Positions 7,828 to 13,755 of a stretch of DNA of 30,102 bases are shown here, piece by piece. This DNA comes from a virus (Duplodnaviria; Caudoviricetes), in the IMG/VR virus record IMGVR_UViG_3300030376_003544, positions 1 to 30,102 of that record; one strand, 5' to 3'. Position 1 is the stretch's first letter. Every line of letters begins with the position of its first letter. The notes below the pieces were generated by a model that made no database searches, was not told the DNA's origin, and saw nothing but the letters and a program-made list of their open reading frames with translations. The position numbers were made by a program, and so were the translations under genes.

Positions 7828-8054
7828 TTCTTTATACCTGTAAATACATCAGAGATTTGACCATAGATATAATGTGATGCACCTGAGTTCATGACAACAC
7901 GTAGAACACCATCAGTCCATTCTTCAGCAGATTCGATTTGAGAAATCATGAGAGCTACTTTATGGTGTGAGTATCTTTCCCATGCTTTAAGAACAAAACC
8001 TGAAGCAGATATAACAGGTTTGTATTGAGATCTAGTAGTTTTAGGAATACTCAT
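7824..8054 (-). CDS. Hypothetical protein
   Basis: 76-aa ORF with ATGA overlaps on both sides. Confidence 0.6.
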   Translation of the reverse strand: MSIPKTTRSQYKPVISASGFVLKAWERYSHHKVALMISQIESAEEWTDGVLRVVMNSGASHYIYGQISDVFTGIKK

Positions 8055-8218
8055 ACTAAACGATCTCCTATTTTCTCAAGCATATCAAGTTCTTTACAAT
8101 CAGATTTCTTATTAGACTCATCAATTCTAGAACGAATTAAGAAAACTCTATGCTCTATGAGATCAATTAAAAGATCTCTTTCTTTTTCACTAAGTAATAT
8201 TTTATAATTTACTTCCAT
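8051..8218 (-). CDS. Hypothetical protein (55 aa)
   Basis: Translated by hand: MEVNYKILLSEKERDLLIDL...; AGGAGA RBS; fills a gap in the operon. Confidence 0.6.
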   Translation of the reverse strand: MEVNYKILLSEKERDLLIDLIEHRVFLIRSRIDESNKKSDCKELDMLEKIGDRLV

Positions 8219-8358
8219 TACATTTCTCCTAGGTATAATTTATGAGCTATCATTAAAGGAACTACAATTAACATTGCGAGTATATATTGCTCTTTATTCA
8301 TTTTCATATAATACGCAATCATTGAAACTACTGTAGTTGTGAATAGTATATGCAACAT
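8218..8358 (-). CDS. Small membrane protein (46 aa)
   Basis: Translated by hand: MLHILFTTTVVSMIAYY...; GGAGG RBS; stop/start overlaps at both ends. Confidence 0.5.
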   Translation of the reverse strand: MLHILFTTTVVSMIAYYMKMNKEQYILAMLIVVPLMIAHKLYLGEM

Positions 8359-8666
8359 TACAGACCTCCGAATTCTGAATTACAAGGATCTGCGAATATA
8401 CCTTGAACCATATCATCAAGATTTTCATATTCACCAATACCTTTGATAATTATATTAAGGTCATGATGACTTAAATTAGAAATACAAGAATTTTCATTAC
8501 TATCTATAATATCATTCCAGATTTTATCTTGAATTTCATTTTTTCTTTCTTGAATTATATCATAGAATATATTTCTAAGTTCATCCATTTCATTTTCAGT
8601 TTCTGATTCAATGAAAGTGTTGAGTTTTGAATATAAATTCTTAAGACTCATATGTGTATCACTCAT
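8358..8666 (-). CDS. Hypothetical acidic protein
   Basis: 102-aa ORF within the operon. Confidence 0.6.
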   Translation of the reverse strand: MSDTHMSLKNLYSKLNTFIESETENEMDELRNIFYDIIQERKNEIQDKIWNDIIDSNENSCISNLSHHDLNIIIKGIGEYENLDDMVQGIFADPCNSEFGGL

Positions 8667-8827
8667 TTATAACTCTCCATCCATTTTCCAAGAATATCAA
8701 GTGCTTCAGATCTAGTTAAATTAGGAAATTCATCCATTAGATATGGAACAGCACCAAACATATTAGTGTCTCCACTTTCTCGAAGGTCATCTAAGAAAGT
8801 AAAGTATATTTTAAAGTCTTCATTCAT
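8663..8827 (-). CDS. Conserved small phage protein (54 aa)
   Basis: Translated by hand: MNEDFKIYFTFLDDLRESGDTNMFGAVPYL...; the LRESGxTNMFGA motif is familiar from phage hypothetical proteins. ATGA overlaps. Confidence 0.7.
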   Translation of the reverse strand: MNEDFKIYFTFLDDLRESGDTNMFGAVPYLMDEFPNLTRSEALDILGKWMESYK

Positions 8828-9042
8828 AAGGCAATTCTTTCTTTAGTTTCATCGATCTTTCCACAATAACCTGAGTGTGGTAAGAGCTTGGTTTGAGGGA
8901 ACACATCAATTAGATCATCTTTCATTTCTTCAAGACGACTATGACATATTTCTGAAGTTTCGTATGGACCACGAGTATCTGATACGCCTTTGCAGTATTC
9001 AGGATTACCCATGAAACATACTAATACAAATGCTTCAAACAT
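8824..9042 (-). CDS. Small Cys-containing hypothetical protein
   Basis: Hydrophobic N-terminus, four Cys, DTRGPY motif. Confidence 0.65.
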   Translation of the reverse strand: MFEAFVLVCFMGNPEYCKGVSDTRGPYETSEICHSRLEEMKDDLIDVFPQTKLLPHSGYCGKIDETKERIAL

Positions 9043-9072
9043 TTTTTATACCTATTAGTTGTTAAAAGGAAT

Positions 9073-9099
9073 GAGCAGTTTTAAATCATACTCAGGATT
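9073..9099 (-). ncRNA. H-type pseudoknot leader motif, copy 1
   Basis: AATC-CTGAGTAT-GATT-TAAAAC-TGCTC on the minus strand. Confidence 0.7.
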
Positions 9100-9231
9100 A
9101 TAATGTAGAGGCTACACTTAATTGTGTCCGTTAGACTACGTTATCTATAATGGCAATAATAATATATAGTACGGATTATAAAGAAAACACCAAGTCCTAT
9201 ACCTAATACATTCCAAATAGTTGTTTGATCG

Positions 9232-9417
9232 TCATACATCTAGACTCTCCTTAAGCATTTCAAGTTCTTCAATAGCATCTTTAATGTATATTTCAAGCTC
9301 ATCAATAGTTTGAATATCACTAAGATCTATTTTTTGCTCAAGGTCTTTAGGTAATAGTTGTTGAGACGATAGAGCATCTTCAAGTATGAAGATTATTTTA
9401 TCAAGCCAATCACGCAT
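9232..9417 (-). CDS. Hypothetical acidic protein
   Basis: 61-aa ORF within the operon. Confidence 0.55.
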   Translation of the reverse strand: MRDWLDKIIFILEDALSSQQLLPKDLEQKIDLSDIQTIDELEIYIKDAIEELEMLKESLDV

Positions 9418-9910
9418 GCTTTACTTTATTCTTTGCTTTGAATTCTAGATGCCAGATTTCACTTCTAAGTTTACGTATTTTACTTTGATCTCCAGTACTT
9501 AGACCAGTGTTTATTTCAGTTCTTAAAGTGCTTTCCATTTCTCTGGATCTATGTACATAAACATCAAACTCTTCAGCAAACTTATGATTTAGATTAGAGT
9601 CTGCATTGAAATGTAATAGCTTCTGATTCTGAGGAACCATGTGTTGTCCTTTGAAGTATCTTACAAGAGACGATTTATATTTAGTATGCCATCTACGTGG
9701 TCCACGTGCCATGAGTCTGACAGTATAAAGTTTATCATAGTCACTAATTTTATTATATGCTCTAACACTTTTTCTTACTTGAGCATTTCTTAAAGCAATA
9801 CCTTCTTTAAGAGCAACTAGACTTGGATCATCTTTACTAGCTACTGTGAAACGATAACTAGGTGTACGATAATCATTTTTACGATTTCGAGGTAATCTAT
9901 AAACTGACAT
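9410..9910 (-). CDS. Hypothetical basic protein
   Basis: 166-aa ORF with AAGGA RBS. Confidence 0.7.
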   Translation of the reverse strand: MSVYRLPRNRKNDYRTPSYRFTVASKDDPSLVALKEGIALRNAQVRKSVRAYNKISDYDKLYTVRLMARGPRRWHTKYKSSLVRYFKGQHMVPQNQKLLHFNADSNLNHKFAEEFDVYVHRSREMESTLRTEINTGLSTGDQSKIRKLRSEIWHLEFKAKNKVKHA

Positions 9911-9922
9911 AAGCAGTCCTTT

Positions 9923-10105
9923 CTACATAATAACTTCTAAGTGGGTTTTAGCCCACTCACGATTAACATTAGCTTTCTTAATGATTTCTTCTTTGAGTTC
10001 AGCTGCATAATTCTTTTTGAACTCTTCAGTCATTAAAGGAACTGTGGTAGGTTTATCATTATCTATGACTTTACCTTTACCACTTAGGTATTTAGGATCA
10101 CTCAT
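9923..10105 (-). CDS. Hypothetical protein
   Basis: 60-aa ORF with ATGA overlap. Confidence 0.55.
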   Translation of the reverse strand: MSDPKYLSGKGKVIDNDKPTTVPLMTEEFKKNYAAELKEEIIKKANVNREWAKTHLEVIM

Positions 10106-10299
10106 TGTTTAATTGGAATTTTACAGTTTTCTTCAGATGCTGTAAGATCCTCACCTCTTTTAGTAATCCAGATGTAACTCCATACTTCTTCATTACATTT
10201 CTTACCGAATGTAGAAACATGAGGATCATTTAGTGGCGGTGGCATAAATGAGCAAGCACTAAGTGCACTTGCTGCTAATAGTACAATAATATATCTCAT
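10102..10299 (-). CDS. Small lipoprotein
   Basis: Signal peptide ending in the lipobox LSAC. Confidence 0.7.
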   Translation of the reverse strand: MRYIIVLLAASALSACSFMPPPLNDPHVSTFGKKCNEEVWSYIWITKRGEDLTASEENCKIPIKQ

Positions 10300-10300
10300 A

Positions 10301-10603
10301 TCATTTTCCTTCTTTGGGATTTAATTGAATTATATTAGCATTATTGCTATTGGTTCCAGAAACTATATCCCAATCTATAATTTCTTTTAGACTTCCTATA
10401 TATTCTATTAAGCCATGACTTGATAGAATTCCAAAAACATCTTCAAGATCATCACATTTAAATAATAGTATTTTACCTGATTCACTAACAGTACATGAAA
10501 TGTTATCAAGAGCGCTCGCTAAAGCGATTACACTAACGACTTCATCGTCTTCCAGAGGTTCAGTTAGAATTACCTGTTTAGTATTAGTACAACGCATTTT
10601 CAT
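10301..10603 (-). CDS. Hypothetical protein
   Basis: 100-aa ORF with GGAGG RBS. Confidence 0.65.
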   Translation of the reverse strand: MKMRCTNTKQVILTEPLEDDEVVSVIALASALDNISCTVSESGKILLFKCDDLEDVFGILSSHGLIEYIGSLKEIIDWDIVSGTNSNNANIIQLNPKEGK

Positions 10604-10630
10604 AAGATCCTCCGGATGTCGGTATTCTTT

Positions 10631-10670
10631 AAAAAGCGTAGTCTAAGGCACTTAACGTACCTTAGACTAT
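10631..10670 (-). terminator. Rho-independent terminator after ssb
   Basis: TAGTCTAAGG/CCTTAGACTA stem followed by a T-tract on the minus strand. Confidence 0.7.
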
Positions 10671-10682
10671 TCTTTCAGCTAA

Positions 10683-11174
10683 CTAAAACGGCATCTCTTC
10701 GGCAGTTTTAGGTTCTGCTGGTGTGTCCACAGACACTGGTTCAAACATAACAGCGCCAGAGTATTCTTTAAGTTCAATAACTTGAACAGCTGTTAGAGAA
10801 CTAGCGATACCACTACGACCAGCAGTTTCGTAGGGATACTGATAGATAACTACATTGCCAACAGAGCCATTTCCTAATGTGGAAACATCTGCAAATGGTT
10901 GAGCAGCAGCATCTACAACTTTTACAGGACCATTAGCAGATCCATCAGCTTTAACTGCTTTTCTCTTAAGAGACACAGTAAACTTAGAGGAATCTACTTT
11001 ATCCTGCTTAACGTTAAGATGGTTTTGAGTCCATCCATCTGCAATAGCTTTATCTGTTGTAGCTATTTGCAACTCCCATTGCTCAGTGCCAAATGGGTTA
11101 ACGGGTTTGGCTAATTTAGCCCAATTCAATTCAACATTATCAATACGATAATTTCTTGCTTCAAAGTTCTGCAT
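10683..11174 (-). CDS. Single-stranded DNA-binding protein (T7 gp2.5-like)
   Basis: WAKLAKP...LGNGSVGNV...LTAVQVIELKEY and an acidic C-terminus ending EEMPF. Confidence 0.85.
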   Translation of the reverse strand: MQNFEARNYRIDNVELNWAKLAKPVNPFGTEQWELQIATTDKAIADGWTQNHLNVKQDKVDSSKFTVSLKRKAVKADGSANGPVKVVDAAAQPFADVSTLGNGSVGNVVIYQYPYETAGRSGIASSLTAVQVIELKEYSGAVMFEPVSVDTPAEPKTAEEMPF

Positions 11175-11213
11175 GAATAGTACCTTTCTATGCTAGAGGG
11201 TTAAAATAAAAGA

Positions 11214-11310
11214 TTCATAATATAACTAGCTTGCTCTTCATACTAGTGAGTTAATGAATGGGTCTCACTCACTCGCTGACTAGTATAAAGTGTTCTAGTT
11301 ATATTATGAA
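11214..11310. promoter_or_regulatory. Long imperfect hairpin in the ssb leader
   Basis: Perfect 16-bp stem TTCATAATATAACTAG/CTAGTTATATTATGAA plus an inner ATACTAGT/ACTAGTAT helix. Confidence 0.65.
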
Positions 11311-11313
11311 GAT

Positions 11314-11345
11314 GAGCAGTTTTATTACAGCTTGCTCAGGCTGTA
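11314..11345 (-). ncRNA. H-type pseudoknot leader motif, copy 2
   Basis: TACAGC-CTGAGCAA-GCTGTA-ATAAAAC-TGCTC on the minus strand. Confidence 0.7.
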
Positions 11346-11444
11346 CAGTTACTATCTGTTTTGCTATAGGAATAGCTGGTAGGCTCTGTGATACTGTATT
11401 ACAAGTAAAGTAGCTCTACTATTTATAGATAGTATGTAGGGGAA

Positions 11445-11459
11445 AGAGGCAACGCCTCT
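11445..11459. promoter_or_regulatory. Triloop hairpin element, copy 2
   Basis: AGAGGC-AAC-GCCTCT; flanks are identical to copy 1 over more than 20 nt. Confidence 0.65.
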
Positions 11460-11672
11460 CTAAGAGGATTCTTTAAGCTCTATAGCTTTTGCTTGAGCTT
11501 TCCAAGAATGCATCATGTCTATTTCAGATTGAGACAAAAGATCTTCAGCATTAGGCTCAAGTTTATTTAAAATAAGATCAAGTTTCGCATTGATCTTTTC
11601 GAACTTTATGAAGATTAATAAGAACTCTGTTTTGAGATCTAAATCTTCGGATGAGGGTTGTACTGGTCGCAT
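11460..11672 (-). CDS. Hypothetical protein (70 aa)
   Basis: Start reassigned to ATG 11672 (MRPVQP), which follows GGAGA. Confidence 0.55.
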   Translation of the reverse strand: MRPVQPSSEDLDLKTEFLLIFIKFEKINAKLDLILNKLEPNAEDLLSQSEIDMMHSWKAQAKAIELKESS

Positions 11673-11723
11673 GAGCGATTCTCCATAGTTGGTTAAGGTT
11701 ATCAGTAAAAGAATGTTATAGGA

Positions 11724-11738
11724 AGAGACGAAGTCTCT
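11724..11738. promoter_or_regulatory. Triloop hairpin element, copy 3
   Basis: AGAGAC-GAA-GTCTCT. Confidence 0.65.
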
Positions 11739-11817
11739 AAGAAAAGATGTTAGGACGTCGGCGGGTATCTTTGAGCTATTCCTGCTAATCTCCAAGTAAA
11801 CTTCAACGATACTACCG

Positions 11818-11855
11818 CATGCCGGTACGCGTCAGCGTCACATGCCGGTACGCGT
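11818..11855. repeat. Direct repeat CATGCCGGTACGCGT x2 (variant at 11922)
   Basis: Exact 15-mer at 11818 and 11841; CATGCCGGATACATGT at 11922. Confidence 0.8.
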
Positions 11856-11866
11856 GTCGGTTATCT

Positions 11867-11898
11867 AAAAAAGGCGACAGCCTTTCGGCTGCCGACCT
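11867..11898 (-). terminator. Rho-independent terminator (GAAA tetraloop)
   Basis: Minus strand reads GGTCGGCAGCC-GAAA-GGCTGTCGCC-TTTTTT. Confidence 0.8.
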
Positions 11899-11947
11899 CT
11901 CCACCACGGAGTAACTCTAGACATGCCGGATACATGTCGGTATTCTT

Positions 11948-11980
11948 AAAAAACTACGGCCGCTCTAGGCGGCCGGAGTT
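11948..11980 (-). terminator. Rho-independent terminator
   Basis: Minus strand reads CGGCCGC-CTAGA-GCGGCCG-TAGTTTTTT, right after ORF 11989-12219. Confidence 0.75.
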
Positions 11981-11988
11981 TAGGAGTG

Positions 11989-12219
11989 TTAGACGAGAGT
12001 ATCGTCTTGCTTCTCAGCAGCCTTTACATTATTAGGCACTGGAGGAAGCTTGAGGTATTTGTTAACAAACAAATGGTTAACAGATACAGTGTACGTTACT
12101 ACCATTTCACCGGCATCAACGCGCTTTTGGATCTTAGGATCCTGGAGGAAGAGAACGAGTCTCTCCATCTGCGCTGAATTGTGAACAGGGTTAACGTGTG
12201 GTATGTTTGCGTTTTGCAT
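11989..12219 (-). CDS. Hypothetical early protein
   Basis: 76-aa ORF with AAGGAG RBS and its own terminator. Confidence 0.65.
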   Translation of the reverse strand: MQNANIPHVNPVHNSAQMERLVLFLQDPKIQKRVDAGEMVVTYTVSVNHLFVNKYLKLPPVPNNVKAAEKQDDTLV

Positions 12220-12267
12220 AACATGACTCCTTGGTTAGGGGACGTACAAGCATTATTGCATAGTACG

Positions 12268-12293
12268 AAGCAGTTTACAGACATGCTTAGGTC
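12268..12293 (-). ncRNA. H-type pseudoknot leader motif, copy 3
   Basis: GAC-CTAAGCAT-GTC-TGTAAAC-TGCTT on the minus strand. Confidence 0.65.
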
Positions 12294-12322
12294 AGGTAGT
12301 ATTAGAGAAATTTATGTAATAG

Positions 12323-12341
12323 AAAGAGCCGAAGGCTCTTT
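12323..12341. promoter_or_regulatory. Triloop hairpin element, copy 4
   Basis: AAAGAGCC-GAA-GGCTCTTT. Confidence 0.65.
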
Positions 12342-12367
12342 AAGATTTTAAAAGAATGTTATAGGAA

Positions 12368-12380
12368 GAGTCAACGACTC
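12368..12380. promoter_or_regulatory. Triloop hairpin element, copy 5
   Basis: GAGTC-AAC-GACTC; shares the flank AAAAGAATGTTATAGGAAGAG with copy 3. Confidence 0.65.
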
Positions 12381-12385
12381 ATTAA

Positions 12386-12422
12386 GTAGAGCCTAGAGTG
12401 TCTTGGTTTCTCTAGGCTCTAC
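12386..12422. other. 13-bp perfect hairpin after ORF 12432-12776
   Basis: GTAGAGCCTAGAG/CTCTAGGCTCTAC; no good T-tract. Confidence 0.6.
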
Positions 12423-12431
12423 AAGGATTAC

Positions 12432-12776
12432 TTAAAGATTTCTTTCCAGAATATCTTTAAAGCTATCCGGTATCCTGTTATCCACAGTACCGTTAGCATC
12501 AACCCTTTGAGCATATTTGAGGCAGTGCATCGTATACTCATGCGACCAGCTAATGTCATCCAACCACGTATTGTAGTCAGATACCTTAGCAGGATAGTAC
12601 TTCCAATACTGCGAAGTATTATCTATAAGGTCGAGTACGAATGCTATTGCATCCTGCTCACGGTCAAACCCAGTGACGATGTACGTCTCACCGTTCTTGA
12701 GTTTCCAACGATCCGCAGAACCATCGTGCGCACCGTAGTTTTCGAGACCTTGGGTCTCTATAACAAATTTAGCCAT
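12432..12776 (-). CDS. Conserved phage hypothetical protein
   Basis: KFVIETQGLENYGAHD...WKLKNGETYIV; AAAGGAGG RBS. Confidence 0.7.
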   Translation of the reverse strand: MAKFVIETQGLENYGAHDGSADRWKLKNGETYIVTGFDREQDAIAFVLDLIDNTSQYWKYYPAKVSDYNTWLDDISWSHEYTMHCLKYAQRVDANGTVDNRIPDSFKDILERNL

Positions 12777-12813
12777 AATGTACCTCCTTTACAGCTGTGG
12801 TGAAAGAAAGCGC

Positions 12814-13194
12814 TTAAGTGCGCTTCCTTATATGAAATGTTGTAGTACCTTTAGCTCTCGCAATTGAGAGCATGTGGTTAGTACCTCTACCACCTTCGAA
12901 TCCTATAACGTAGTCAGGATCCTGGTCAAGCATAAGCTGATTCCTTATTGGACCAGCCGATTTACCATGCACGTTCCATTGAGCAGGGAAGTCTTTCTGC
13001 TCAATACCTAAAGTAAATGCATAGTTTGCAGCAAGAGAGTCCGCACCTCGTGCAGCACCGTGAATGATAGTAGTTACCTCCTGGTCGAACTCACGTTTAA
13101 TGTAAGCACTGAAGTCGTCGAAACGCTTCATGAACCATTGGTAGTCGTTGAAGTCTCGTCCTCCGCAGACAAGAACAGTTACTCTTTTAGCCAT
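12814..13194 (-). CDS. SLOG-family protein (DUF2493/YspA-like)
   Basis: Motifs VLVCGGRDF, IIHGAARGADSLA, AGPIRNQLM and GGRGT. Confidence 0.9.
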   Translation of the reverse strand: MAKRVTVLVCGGRDFNDYQWFMKRFDDFSAYIKREFDQEVTTIIHGAARGADSLAANYAFTLGIEQKDFPAQWNVHGKSAGPIRNQLMLDQDPDYVIGFEGGRGTNHMLSIARAKGTTTFHIRKRT

Positions 13195-13235
13195 AATGTC
13201 CTCCTATAGCTGTGGTTAAAATTGAATGTAGTGGT

Positions 13236-13262
13236 GGCAGTTTAACGACTATGCCCAGGTCG
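13236..13262 (-). ncRNA. H-type pseudoknot leader motif, copy 4
   Basis: CGAC-CTGGGCATA-GTCG-TTAAAC-TGCC on the minus strand. Confidence 0.7.
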
Positions 13263-13500
13263 GAGGGATCAACTTACCTCATAGTTAGGATGCAGTCCTA
13301 ACCACCGGTAGAGGCTTAACCTCCTCTACTAAGGTAGCATCGTACGCCTGCCAGACGGTATACCCAGTATGTCCCAGGGTATACTTGGGAGTAGGAGCCT
13401 GTTCCCCGTCCTACTAGGGTGGTAAGAGATCCGCCTTACCTGTACGGGTTGCCGCATCTATCCTCCTTTCAGATGCGGGATGCCACCCTCCTCCTACCCC
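13263..13500. other. Array of consecutive GC-rich hairpins
   Basis: Seven clear stems of 5-8 bp spaced about 25-30 nt apart, in non-coding DNA. Confidence 0.75.
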
Positions 13501-13560
13501 GGATGTGTATACAGAAGAAGGAAGGTGGTAAAGAGAGAGAAGAAAGTTAATGTGAGAGGA

Positions 13561-13575
13561 AGGGCCAACGGCCCT
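13561..13575. promoter_or_regulatory. Triloop hairpin element, copy 6
   Basis: AGGGCC-AAC-GGCCCT followed by AAG. Confidence 0.65.
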
Positions 13576-13696
13576 AAGAGAATGTTGGAAAGAGAGTAGG
13601 AGAGAAGTTAGGGGGTAGAGGATCTAAAGGGGGTATATATATTTTTTGGGTTAATTAGACTTATTCTTAAGATAGTATATAATATATAGATCCCCC

Positions 13697-13734
13697 CTTA
13701 TAGGAGACGTTTAAATTTAAATGTCCCCTTAAAG
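13697..13734. promoter_or_regulatory. Back-to-back pair of the putative late-promoter motif
   Basis: Minus copy TTAAACGTCTCCTATAAG (13714 to 13697) and plus copy TTAAATGTCCCCTTAAAG (13717-13734). Confidence 0.55.
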
Positions 13735-13755
13735 TTAAAACCTGAGGAGGAGTTT

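Noticed and set aside
9073-9099. Pistol/hammerhead ribozyme or preQ1/SAM-II riboswitch identity for the pseudoknot motif
   Set aside because: Lacks the hammerhead CUGAnGA/GAAA core, the pistol P2/P3 extension, and the conserved ligand-binding nucleotides as I recall them.
9141-9239. 32-aa hydrophobic ORF MYDDQTTIWNVLGIGLGVFFII...
   Set aside because: Plausible but too short and unsupported to list as a feature.
11673-11795. N-terminal extension of the 111-aa ORF
   Set aside because: It runs through hairpin element 3 and has no RBS; a better ATG with GGAG lies at 11672.
13263-13500. CRISPR mini-array interpretation of the hairpin array
   Set aside because: No identical direct repeats, no spacer-length intervals, and no cas genes.
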